Assembly (NCBI GenBank): GCA_020724845.1
Contig: DYGE01000002.1
Location: 35,961-99,960 of the forward strand
Direction of reading: 5' to 3'
Source of the DNA: Candidatus Paceibacter sp.
GTDB taxonomy: Bacteria > Patescibacteriota > Minisyncoccia > UBA6257 > 02-FULL-45-10c
DNA length: 64,000 nt
This document shows, one piece after another, positions 10,476-19,799 of the stretch; position 1 is the stretch's first letter, and each line of letters begins with the position of its first letter. The position numbers and the translations under genes are program-made. The notes under the pieces are model-generated. The model made no database searches. It was not told the origin of the DNA and saw only the letters and a program-made list of their open reading frames with translations.

Positions 10476-11705
10476 ATGAAACCTCTCAAAATAGCTTTTA
10501 TTATTCGCAGGTTGAATGTTAAGGGGGGTACCCAGCGGCAGGCCCTTTCCTTAGTTAGGGAGCTAAGAAAACGCGGCCATATCGTTAAGGCCTACACCTT
10601 TTTGTATTCTCCGGAAAATTGCTATCCGGATTTGTTAGAGGGATTGGAGGTGGTTTCTCTGGAGCGCGGCACCAGCGCCAAGTTTTTCAAAGCCATTCCG
10701 TTAATTCGCCACTTAGAGCAGGTTTTTAATGAGAATCGGCTGGCTAAAAAATTGGCGCTTAAAATGGACAAAGATTTTGACGTTCTGAATCCGCACGACC
10801 AGGTCAGCTACAAAGTCGCTTACTACTATAAAAAGCGGGTTAAGAAAGCCCCTTCGGTTTGGCATATGAATGATTTGCCTCTGCTTCGCTGGGGGTACGA
10901 TAAAATGCGCGGCGTTGACGATGATTTTCAACAATCTGTCATAAAGCGGATTTTCTATTATCTTTTTGATCTTTATGAAATCAAAAAGTTTCTACGCCAT
11001 CAGGACAAAATCATAGTCGTGGATAATTTTAATGTCGGGTTGGTTAAAGATTATATGGGTCTTGAGGCGGAAACCGTCCGCAGCGGGCCGGACATAGAAC
11101 ATTTTACCTATACAGCCAGGAAGCACCCAGGCAAGGACATCAAAATTTTGACCAGCGGCATTTTGATGCCGCACAGGAGATATCAAGATACTATTTCAGC
11201 CGTGGGTATATTAGCCGGCTGGGGCTATAATCCGATGCTCACGATTTTGGGCGCTTACCAAGACAGTGATCCGTATTATAAAAAACTCACCCGCTTGGTG
11301 GGTGAGTTGGGTTTAGAAAATAGAGTGTCTTTCGTCGGCAGAGTAACGGAAAAGGAGCTGCTTCGGGTCTATGCCGAAAACGATGTTTACATTTTTCAGC
11401 ACCACCTCCAGTCCGATGGCCTGTCTCCATTCGAAGCGGCCGTCTCCGGCCTTCCGGTTGTAATCTCCAGAACTGCCGGGTCTCATGAAACCTTGACCGA
11501 TCACGAGAATGCTCTTTTGATTAATCCGAAAGATCCGGAAGATATCGCTGGGCGGATTAAGGAGTTGGCTGACAATCCGGAGTTGTATTTGAAGCTAAGT
11601 AAATCCGGGGCAGAGTTCGTGAAAAACAATTTTTCCTGGGAGAAGTATGCCGATGGCGTTCTGAAAGAATTTCAGTCCGCGCTTTCGGATTACAGTTCGG
11701 GATAA
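10476..11705 (+). CDS. Glycosyltransferase family 1
   Basis: GT1 C-terminal core SPFEAAVSGLPVVISRTAGSHETLTDHENALLINP. Length 409 aa. Confidence 0.75.
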   Translation: MKPLKIAFIIRRLNVKGGTQRQALSLVRELRKRGHIVKAYTFLYSPENCYPDLLEGLEVVSLERGTSAKFFKAIPLIRHLEQVFNENRLAKKLALKMDKDFDVLNPHDQVSYKVAYYYKKRVKKAPSVWHMNDLPLLRWGYDKMRGVDDDFQQSVIKRIFYYLFDLYEIKKFLRHQDKIIVVDNFNVGLVKDYMGLEAETVRSGPDIEHFTYTARKHPGKDIKILTSGILMPHRRYQDTISAVGILAGWGYNPMLTILGAYQDSDPYYKKLTRLVGELGLENRVSFVGRVTEKELLRVYAENDVYIFQHHLQSDGLSPFEAAVSGLPVVISRTAGSHETLTDHENALLINPKDPEDIAGRIKELADNPELYLKLSKSGAEFVKNNFSWEKYADGVLKEFQSALSDYSSG

Positions 11706-12589
11706 TAAGTCTCTAGGTATTCCCGCAGGGCGTATCGCCAATCGCGCAACGCCGGCAATTTGGCGCTTTTTAATACATTAGATGGCGCTCTTGGAACTTT
11801 AAAAAATTCGCCTTGAGAAACTAATCGGATTTTCAATTTTTCAGCCGGGCGGCCAAGATATTCCGAAACCGCTTTTATGACATCCAGGGTGGTAGCTTCG
11901 CCGGCGGACGTTTGGTTAACAATGTGATAGATTCCGCTTTCTGATTTTCCGAATATCAGCTTTGCTAGTTCATGGGCAAAGTCCTGGACATTAGTAGGCG
12001 ATCGCCACTGATCGCTTATCGCGACTATCTCATCCCCCTTTTGTATATCGGCAAGAAACTGTTCAACGAAGGTTTTTCTTCCCGGCCCATAAAGCCAGCC
12101 GGTGCGGGCAATGATCCATTTCGGAAATATTTCCGGGTATTTTTCGCCAAGTCCTTTTACGATATCCTCCGCCTCTTTCTTTGATTTTTGATAAACGGTT
12201 ATCGGGCGCGGCTGGTCATCTTCGGTGTAGCCCTCAATTTTGCAATTTTCCCGGGTTCTGCCGAAAACCTCCGAGGTGCTTATTTGTACGAAGGTGGCGG
12301 GTTTCCCGATCTGTGCCAGCGCTTCCATCAAGTTTTTGGCCCCGTCTCGGTTGACCGCGTAGCATTGCTCCGGGTTTTCTTCGCAAAAATCCACCTTCAG
12401 GATAGCGGCGCAGTTGATTACCGCATCAGGAAGGATTTCCCTGAATCGCCTCTCAATCTTCTCCTTGTCGGTAATTTCTAAATCCCGATGCATTAAAGCA
12501 TGGATTTCCAGCTTGGGATCTTGTCTGAAATATTCAGTTAATGCCTGGCCGACTAGTCCGCCGGCCCCAACAATTGCCACCTTTTTCAT
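11690..12589 (-). CDS. RmlD-like NAD(P)-dependent nucleotide-sugar 4-keto reductase (SDR)
   Basis: MKKVAIVGAGGLVGQAL Rossmann N-terminus. ..DAVINCAAILKVDFCEENPEQCYAVN.. and ..FVQISTSEVFG.. mirror the RmlD substrate-binding domain. It is the only minus-strand gene in this stretch and sits next to gmd and the ColD-like gene. Confidence 0.65.
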   Translation of the reverse strand: MKKVAIVGAGGLVGQALTEYFRQDPKLEIHALMHRDLEITDKEKIERRFREILPDAVINCAAILKVDFCEENPEQCYAVNRDGAKNLMEALAQIGKPATFVQISTSEVFGRTRENCKIEGYTEDDQPRPITVYQKSKKEAEDIVKGLGEKYPEIFPKWIIARTGWLYGPGRKTFVEQFLADIQKGDEIVAISDQWRSPTNVQDFAHELAKLIFGKSESGIYHIVNQTSAGEATTLDVIKAVSEYLGRPAEKLKIRLVSQGEFFKVPRAPSNVLKSAKLPALRDWRYALREYLETYYPEL

Positions 12590-12696
12590 ATTGTTTCCTT
12601 TTTGGCTGTTCTGAAGTTATACTATACGTCAATATAACAGCGATTTCAAGGACAAATTCAAAACTTCTCATCCTAAATATTTTTTGTAGCGCCTGA

Positions 12697-12906
12697 CACA
12701 GGAAAGCACCCTCTGTGCGGCAACTGACGGAATCCTGATTAGCTTGGATTCCGTAAGGAATAATCAGGATGAGTCGTAAGCGGAATTATCACCCCGTGTT
12801 GGAAGGTAGGCCGCTATGCTATAGCATAGCGGTCGTCGGAAACCTGAAGGTGTTCGAGATGGGGGTCGGGGTGAGAATCTGGGACGGTAAGAGGGTGCTT
12901 TCCTGT
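12697..12906 (+). repeat. Structured repeat, copy C: perfect 18-bp bounding IR, extra internal hairpin insertion
   Basis: cacaggaaagcaccctct (12697-12714) is the exact reverse complement of agagggtgctttcctgtg (12889-12906). The conserved 5' core is CTCTGTGCGGCAACTGACGGAATCCTGATT. The 3' part is replaced or expanded by a segment containing the perfect hairpin ccgctatgctatagcatagcgg. Confidence 0.85.
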
Positions 12907-12917
12907 GCAGCTAATAT

Positions 12918-14292
12918 GCCTAAAAAAATATTTCTAAACCTCTATTCAACCATGACCTTCCGAAACTTCGTCGTTTTTCCTGACGGCGTAGTTTCCAAAT
13001 TAGCCGACAATCCGGATATTAAACTGCATGTTTTGATACCTAAGGGCTCTAATTTCCGGGAGCTCTTGAGCCGTTATCCGTTTGGCAAAAAACTGGAAGT
13101 CATAGAAGTCAATACTAAAATGCCAAAGCTTAATCCGGCGCAAAAGCTTTTTTATTTTTTCTATTCCTACTTGATTTTTACCGGCACCACTCGTCTGCTT
13201 GCGACTTTCGGCGCTCGCGCTGACGCTCCTCCGGCCGGCGGCAACCGCTTTTTTGCCCCCCTTAAAAGCGCTATCGCCAATATTTTTGGCAGGTCTAAAT
13301 GGATTAAAACCTCATTCGTTCCTTGGGCGTACAAGAAGCTATTTTCCCGAAAAGAGCTGGCTGATATTTTTGACCGGTATCAGCCGGACTTTGTGTTCTT
13401 ATCCGGCATTGCCGCTTTTGAAGATGTTGAATTGCTTGCCGAGGCACAACGAAGGAAAATCAAGACTATGGGCATGCCAATGAATTGGGATCATTTAAAT
13501 AAATATTACATTCCGCTCCATCCGGACCGCCTATTGATCCAAAATCAGCCAATGAAAAAAGAAGCAGAGGAATACCATGCCTATAAGGAGAGCCAAATTC
13601 AAATGGTCGGCTTTCCCCAGTTTGATTTTTATATTACCGGAAAAGAACATCTTCGCCCGCGCGCTGAATTTATGAAAAAATACGGCTTATCGCCGAATTC
13701 CAAATTAATCCTTTTTATTTCCGGCAGCGTTTACGCTTCCGGCGAACAGGAAATTCTAAAGGAAATGCGCCAATGGGCCAAGGATGGTAAACTGGGGCAA
13801 GAAGTCGGTTTTATGGTTAGGCCCTATCCTAACAGAGCGGATATTGCCAAATACAAAGAATTGGAAAAGTTGCCGGAGATGAAATTTTTCTGGGAAGATA
13901 CCACGACTGATTTAGAGAATATTATAGAATTTATGAATATTCTTTATCATTCGGATATCGTTATATCAATATTTTCTACTACCGCGATTGAAGCGGCAAT
14001 TTTTGATAAGCCGACTATTACCCTTGGCTTTGACGGCCGGGAGAAAAAGCCGGAACACCAGTCGGTTGCCCGGTTGGAGAAGCTCTCCCACTTCAAGCAT
14101 GTTCTTGACACGGGCGGCGTCAGGGTAGCGCGCGGTTTTTCTGATTTATTGGAATTTATAGCAATGTACTTGGAATCTCCTGAAGAAGACAAAGAAAAGC
14201 GGGATTTTCTTTCCGAAAAGATGGCTTATAAAGTCGACGGCAAAGCGTCAGGGCGAGTGGCGGAGGCAATAGTTGCTTATCTTAATGAATAA
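12918..14292 (+). CDS. TagF-like (Glyphos_transf-like) GT-B transferase, paralog 1 of 4
   Basis: The C-terminus SDIVISIFSTTAIEAAIFDKPTITLGFDG is shared with the paralogs at 17665, 26290 and 30021. The ORF-track start at 12769 lies inside the repeat element, so the ATG at 12918 (MPKKIFLN) is preferred. Confidence 0.55.
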
Positions 14293-15658
14293 AAGTCTTT
14301 CTTTTACAGATAAGTTCATTACCGGCGAGGCCTATTTTTGGTTCTGGAATTTAGTTAGCAAGGGCATCGGCTTTGTAAATACTTTTTTTATAATTTCCTC
14401 CCTGAGCATTTACGAGTACGGAGTTTTTCAGCTCCTGCTTGCTACTTATAATATTCTCTCTGATGTCATTTCAACCGGCGGAGGCGCGGTGGGCAATGAT
14501 GTGCTCCGCCTGATAGGCGGGGGAAAGGAAGACAAAGCTAAGCGGCTTTTTTACGAGTATAACCGGTGGCGCGTCGGCCTAAGCATATTATTTTTTGCGG
14601 CTTTCTTTTTCGGCGCCCCGCTGCTGTCTTTTCGCTACGGCCCGGATTTTATCCGGCTGATTCAGATCCTGTCCGTCTTGTTTTTGGTGGAGATATTTCT
14701 GTTGATATCCAAGTCCATATTAAAAATGAGGCTGTATTTTAAGGAGGTGGCCAGTCGGTCGGCTATCGGCAAGCTGGTCCAGTTGGCTGTGCTCGCGTAT
14801 TTTTTCTTTTATGCCGCCTTGGGAACCAGGGAAGTTCTGATTTCCATGATCGCGGCTTCTTTCCTGTCCACCTTGTTTCAACTGCCTTCTCTGCTTCGCG
14901 CCTACCGGCCCTGGCGAGGGCTTGCCACGCCCAGGGAATCCCTGCTCTTTCCACTGCTTAAGTCCCACGGCAAATGGGCGATTTTGCGGCAATTCGCTTC
15001 TGATTTTTCCAACAAAATAAAGCCCTGGTTGATTAAGCTTTTCATTAGCACCGAGGCGGTCGGCGTTTTTAGCGTTGCCACGCAGATGGTGAATGTCTTT
15101 AAGACTTTCTTGCCGACTAATACTTTGGCCACCCTAGTCCCGAGGTCGCTGACCGAGCAGGCGAGAATGAAGAATATATTCGTCTTTGGCACCAAATACT
15201 TGGTTCTACTTGGCATAGTCTTTGTACTGGCCGGCTGGGTTGCCGGACCGGTAGCGGTAGGCCTATTTTTTGAGCAATATGTCGTTTCTTTGCCCTTCTT
15301 TTTTGTCTTAATGCTTTTACTCCCAATTCAGTCTTTCTGGAGGATAGTGGATATTTACCTGGTAGCTTTCCAGGCCCAAAAATTCTTCTTTTTCCGAACC
15401 GGACTTCGGGCCGGGCTCTCATTCTTGTCGCTTCTTATTTTTCTTCCCCTGTTTGGGTTGTGGGGCGTGGTTATTCACGACTTGATGATCCCGCTAGTTA
15501 TGTCGCTAGTGAGCTATTATTATCTCTTTAGGATTAGGCCGATATTTTGGTTCAGCTTCAAATCCATCTTCAGCTTCGGAACGGAGGATAAAATTATGCT
15601 GAAAAATTTGTATAATAACTTTATTCGCTTGTTAAAGATTAAATTGAAACTTGGATGA
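14273..15658 (+). CDS. Polysaccharide biosynthesis protein / oligosaccharide flippase (Wzx-like, MOP superfamily)
   Basis: 461 aa, about 12-14 predicted hydrophobic helices; its position inside a glycan locus supports the call. Confidence 0.55.
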   Translation: MLILMNKSLSFTDKFITGEAYFWFWNLVSKGIGFVNTFFIISSLSIYEYGVFQLLLATYNILSDVISTGGGAVGNDVLRLIGGGKEDKAKRLFYEYNRWRVGLSILFFAAFFFGAPLLSFRYGPDFIRLIQILSVLFLVEIFLLISKSILKMRLYFKEVASRSAIGKLVQLAVLAYFFFYAALGTREVLISMIAASFLSTLFQLPSLLRAYRPWRGLATPRESLLFPLLKSHGKWAILRQFASDFSNKIKPWLIKLFISTEAVGVFSVATQMVNVFKTFLPTNTLATLVPRSLTEQARMKNIFVFGTKYLVLLGIVFVLAGWVAGPVAVGLFFEQYVVSLPFFFVLMLLLPIQSFWRIVDIYLVAFQAQKFFFFRTGLRAGLSFLSLLIFLPLFGLWGVVIHDLMIPLVMSLVSYYYLFRIRPIFWFSFKSIFSFGTEDKIMLKNLYNNFIRLLKIKLKLG

Positions 15659-16692
15659 TTAGAAACATACCTTGCCGCATTTGCGGAGAAAGTAAGAATT
15701 TTTTTAACTTGATTGCTGCCACCGGGAATCGCGGAGTTCCGTTTATTAGCAAAGAGCATAAAGTGGCGCTTTGCCAGAATTGCGGGGTGTGTTTTTTAAA
15801 TCCCCAGCATGAGGATGGCGATTATAAAAAATACTATGAATGGCATGACCGGCCGGTGGACAGGAAAGTGAGTCCCAAGGGTTTTCGTCCGGGAACCAGG
15901 GGAGAGTACGATCGTTTGCGGCTGGATTTCTTTACTAAGATCTTAAAGGACAAGAATGCGAGAATTCTGGATATTGGCAGCGGTTACGGTAGATTCTTGA
16001 AATCTCTGGAGGAGAGGGGTTACCGGAATCTTCACGGCCTGGAGCCGAACCGGGAAGCGGTGAAAGTGGCGGAGGAAAACTACGGATATAAGTTTTACAA
16101 TGCCGGCTTAGGAGACGCTTCCTTGCCGGAGAAGGAATTTGATGCCGCCACTCTAATCGCGGTTATTGAGCATTTCACCGATCCGGTGAAGGCGCTAAGA
16201 GATATGTACAAATTATTGAGGCCGGGTGGCTATCTGTATGTGAATACTCCGAATTTGGAAGATGTGGTTTTGCGCCAGGGAATTAATAAATATTTCAAGT
16301 TCGTCCATACCTTCTACTTTACGGAAAAGAGCCTGAAGAACGCGCTTAAAAAAGCCGGTTTCGAAATAGCCGGAAGCTATACCTTGCCGGCTGACCGGAG
16401 ATTTTCCAACTTGCTCTGTCCGGAAAATTACTCCAATAGCGAGCTGAATATTATTGCTAAGCGCCCATTAAAAGATGGCGCGGCGTTGGAAATTGAAAAG
16501 GAGGATTGGAAGAAGATTCGTGACAAGGTTAGGAGCATTTGGAGAAAGGATAAATATTATGCTTTGACTGGGCGCCTGTTATCCATTTGGCGGCACAGAA
16601 AATTCATCGGTTATCCCGCGATTTTGCTTAAAAAGAAATTATGCTCTAAAAAGCCGCTGACAGATTTTGAAATACCGGAAACAACCGGATAA
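15655..16692 (+). CDS. SAM-dependent methyltransferase with N-terminal Cys4 zinc-ribbon (sugar C-/O-methyltransferase-like)
   Basis: CRICGES..(x)..CQNCGVCFLNP ribbon, then ILDIGSGYGRF motif I. It is paralogous to 31352..32347. Confidence 0.65.
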   Translation: MIRNIPCRICGESKNFFNLIAATGNRGVPFISKEHKVALCQNCGVCFLNPQHEDGDYKKYYEWHDRPVDRKVSPKGFRPGTRGEYDRLRLDFFTKILKDKNARILDIGSGYGRFLKSLEERGYRNLHGLEPNREAVKVAEENYGYKFYNAGLGDASLPEKEFDAATLIAVIEHFTDPVKALRDMYKLLRPGGYLYVNTPNLEDVVLRQGINKYFKFVHTFYFTEKSLKNALKKAGFEIAGSYTLPADRRFSNLLCPENYSNSELNIIAKRPLKDGAALEIEKEDWKKIRDKVRSIWRKDKYYALTGRLLSIWRHRKFIGYPAILLKKKLCSKKPLTDFEIPETTG

Positions 16693-17627
16693 CTATTTTC
16701 CAAGCTGTATTTTGAAATCGGCTCTAAATTTGCCAACCTTGCTTCAAAGTTATCCGGATAACTGAATTTCGCCTTGCCGATTGCTGATTTCGGTTCGTAA
16801 AGGGCGGTAAACATAACGCGCTCTTTAGAGGTGGCGTAACCCCCTTTGTGGATTCCGGTGGTGTCGCAGAAAATTATCGTTCCCGCCTTGCCGGTAGCCA
16901 GCTTTATCTCTTCGTTTGGTATTTTATTCTCTACCGCGCCTTCCGGTGGATAAACCCCGATTCGGCCGAAAGCTTTTTGAGGGAAAAGTTTTCCGTATTT
17001 TCCTTCTCGGTGAGATCCAAGGGCGTAAGTAAATGGGCCCGCTTCTTCGCCGACATCGTTGAGGTACAAAAACATTTTGCAGATTTTGGTGATTCCGGGG
17101 TCTCGGTGCCATCTCTGGGATCCGGCCGCCTCGGTTCCGGGCGGTACCGGTAAAGTAAGATTGGCAGAAAAGAATTTGAATTTTGGATAAGTTTCCAGGT
17201 AGGAAGCGGCAATAGCAAGCGCTTTCGGGTTGATTGCCAATAAAAAAAGAGGATTCCCAAAGTCTGCCGGCTGTTTGTCCTGATTCCAGGCGTATTTGAG
17301 GAACTTTTTCTTTCTACCGGTTTGGGCTGATTTGAGCTTGCTAGCCGTGTATTCTTGGAGCTTCGGCAGAAGATTTTCTTCCGGAAAGAGCTCGTCAATG
17401 TGCGTGAAAGCAACGCCATTCTTTTTGAGGTCATCTGCGATTCGCCGCTGGGCTTCATTTAACTTTGGTTGATTAGCCGTATAAAGCTTGATTCCCTTGC
17501 TATCAATCAGTCGCAGAACTGGCCGGGAAGCGCGGATTGAATAATATAGGTATAATATTACTAAACGCAGGTTTTCCCGAATCGGAAGAATTATGGTCCG
17601 GTATGCTGATTTCAGAATTGATTTCAT
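16611..17627 (-). CDS. Phytanoyl-CoA dioxygenase (PhyH)-like Fe(II)/2-oxoglutarate oxygenase
   Basis: QRWHRDPG (HxD) and ..ALGSHREG.. (second His), with a PhyH-like spacing; 338 aa. Its 3' end overlaps the convergent methyltransferase by 82 bp. Confidence 0.55.
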   Translation of the reverse strand: MKSILKSAYRTIILPIRENLRLVILYLYYSIRASRPVLRLIDSKGIKLYTANQPKLNEAQRRIADDLKKNGVAFTHIDELFPEENLLPKLQEYTASKLKSAQTGRKKKFLKYAWNQDKQPADFGNPLFLLAINPKALAIAASYLETYPKFKFFSANLTLPVPPGTEAAGSQRWHRDPGITKICKMFLYLNDVGEEAGPFTYALGSHREGKYGKLFPQKAFGRIGVYPPEGAVENKIPNEEIKLATGKAGTIIFCDTTGIHKGGYATSKERVMFTALYEPKSAIGKAKFSYPDNFEARLANLEPISKYSLENSYPVVSGISKSVSGFLEHNFFLSKIAG

Positions 17628-17664
17628 AAACGCAATAGTATTATATTACGATAATTAAAATTAT

Positions 17665-19029
17665 ATGCAATCAAAGCCAAAAACTATTTTTATTTCTAGC
17701 TTTCACCCAGCGATTTTTCGTAATATTCTAGCAACTGATGTATTAAAGGTTTTATTAAAAAGGAACGACATAAGAATCGTTATTTTTACTTTGAAACACA
17801 AAAAATCTTATTTCGAATCCCTACTCAATTCTCCTAATATATCTATTGAAGGCATCCCATTCGATCCGCCTTCAAAAAGGTTTTCAACGCTTGTGATGAA
17901 AAGGGTGGCCAGGCTAAGTCTCGATACCTTGACTGCTCGTGTCGAAAAACTTGCAAAGTGGAAAAAGGAAAAAAAATTCTTTTATTATTTTTTCGCATCT
18001 ATTTTAGGCAAAATCATGTCCCGCTCATCGGTGCTCAGAAAATTATTCAGATTTCTCGATTATCGCATTACCAAAACAGACCGTTATGGATTATTTTTTG
18101 AAAAATATAATCCAAGTTTAGTTCTTGTTACTGATATCCAGAATGAAAGAGATGTAGAGCTATTGCAGAGTGGCAAGGACAACAATGTTTCATCCTATGG
18201 AATGGTCCGTAATTGGGATAATCTTACTAGTCATGGAATCATTAGGTTGCTTCCGGATAAGCTGATTGTTCAAAGCGAGGAAGTGAAAAAACAAGCATTA
18301 AAATACAACGACTTACCAGAGAAGGATGTATTTGTAACGGGCATCCCTCATTATGATAAATATTTCCGAGGCCCCAAGATATCTAAGAAAGAATTTTTGA
18401 GAGTATCTAATTTGAATACTAGCAAGAAAACAATTTTTTATAGCGTGATTGGAGACGCCTACTTACCCAACAATAACTTAGATCCCTATATTCTGGATAT
18501 TCTTTCCGGGGTAGACGCTCAAGTATTTGTTCGTTTCTCTCCCACAGTTCCCGTGAAGCAATTAGAAAACATCGATTCATATACGAATATGTTTTTTGAT
18601 CGACCTGGGGTTAGTTTTAATCGAGACGGTTTTTTTATGGATCGAGAATTAAGCGAGGAGGATGACACTAATTTAATGACGGCGCTTTATTACAGCGATC
18701 TAATCGTCTCTGGGCCATCGACCATTTCTTTAGACGCGATTTTCTTTGATAAGCCGGTCATCTTGATAGATTTTTACAAGGAAAGTAGGGGTGAATGGGA
18801 AAAAATATTAAAATATAGGTGTGACCATTTAGATTTTATCATCAAAAATAGAGCCGTGAAGGTTGCAAAAAATGAGAAAGAGTTGATCGAATTTATAAAT
18901 TTATACCTTAATAATCCACAAGAAGATTCTATTGGCAGAATGACAGTTAGGGGTGCGTACTGCGGCCCCAGAGATGGTAAATCGGGTAATCGACTAGCGA
19001 ACCTTCTTTTAAAGGGGTTAGAAAGCTAA
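17665..19029 (+). CDS. TagF-like GT-B transferase, paralog 2 of 4
   Basis: SDLIVSGPSTISLDAIFFDKPVILIDF, and KTIFYSVIGDAY in the position of the TagF YAPT motif. Confidence 0.55.
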   Translation: MQSKPKTIFISSFHPAIFRNILATDVLKVLLKRNDIRIVIFTLKHKKSYFESLLNSPNISIEGIPFDPPSKRFSTLVMKRVARLSLDTLTARVEKLAKWKKEKKFFYYFFASILGKIMSRSSVLRKLFRFLDYRITKTDRYGLFFEKYNPSLVLVTDIQNERDVELLQSGKDNNVSSYGMVRNWDNLTSHGIIRLLPDKLIVQSEEVKKQALKYNDLPEKDVFVTGIPHYDKYFRGPKISKKEFLRVSNLNTSKKTIFYSVIGDAYLPNNNLDPYILDILSGVDAQVFVRFSPTVPVKQLENIDSYTNMFFDRPGVSFNRDGFFMDRELSEEDDTNLMTALYYSDLIVSGPSTISLDAIFFDKPVILIDFYKESRGEWEKILKYRCDHLDFIIKNRAVKVAKNEKELIEFINLYLNNPQEDSIGRMTVRGAYCGPRDGKSGNRLANLLLKGLES

Positions 19030-19739
19030 CTATACAATTTCTTCTTAAGAAGAAGCTCGGCCAATAGAAAGTCGTTTTCGTTGTCTATATCCACAGAGTC
19101 TAGTTTTTCAATTCTATGATACCGGATTCTGTTACCAGTTAATAATTGGTCTTTAATCAGGGTATTGTATTTTACAGCTATCACGTCTGTATGGCTATAG
19201 GCCTGGGGAAAAAGTTGCCGAGGCATATTTGACGGCTCTATAAATCCGGTAATCTCTTTTGGTACGAAGGGAATTAACACATCTTCATTAATCCTCCAAA
19301 GTTTGTAAGGATGTTTTGGCGCGATGGTTATTGTTCTTGCCGAAGTTGCGTCATTATCATTAATTAGCAAGTCTATGCAAGCATCAATTGACGAAGTTGC
19401 GCAAAGGGGAGATGTGGGTGGGAGTCTTAATATTATATCAGCCTTCCAGCCTTCATTTTCTTCTAACCAAATAGTAGCATGCGAAAGATAATCTATATCT
19501 GAGGATTTATCGTTCGCCAGCTCTTTTGGCCTCAAAAACGGGACTTCGATCCCTAGATCCTTACCGATTTCCGCGTATTTTGGGGAGTCTGTAGATAGGA
19601 TAAGTCGATTTATATATTTTGACTTTTTCGCCGCTTCTATTATCCATGCCATCAATGGCTTACCTAAAAGAGGGCGAATATTTTTATCAGGGACCGCCTT
19701 AGAGCCGGCTCTAGCCCCTACGACGCCAAGGATGTTCAT
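19026..19739 (-). CDS. Acylneuraminate cytidylyltransferase family (CMP-nonulosonate / CMP-sugar synthetase)
   Basis: ILGVVGARAGSKAVPDKNIRPLLGKPLMAWIIEAAKKSKYINRLILSTDSP is the CTP_transf_3 (NeuA/KdsB-like) N-terminus. Confidence 0.8.
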   Translation of the reverse strand: MNILGVVGARAGSKAVPDKNIRPLLGKPLMAWIIEAAKKSKYINRLILSTDSPKYAEIGKDLGIEVPFLRPKELANDKSSDIDYLSHATIWLEENEGWKADIILRLPPTSPLCATSSIDACIDLLINDNDATSARTITIAPKHPYKLWRINEDVLIPFVPKEITGFIEPSNMPRQLFPQAYSHTDVIAVKYNTLIKDQLLTGNRIRYHRIEKLDSVDIDNENDFLLAELLLKKKLYS

Positions 19740-19799
19740 ACGTTTTTATATTAAAGGTGTTGATCTGTATTATCAAGCTTGATTGATAGTTGATGAAAA

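Noticed and set aside
12769-12917. N-terminal 50 codons of ORF 12769..14292 (MSRKRNYHPVLEGR...).
   Set aside because: This stretch is encoded by the conserved intergenic repeat, so the open frame is coincidental and the ATG at 12918 is the likelier start.
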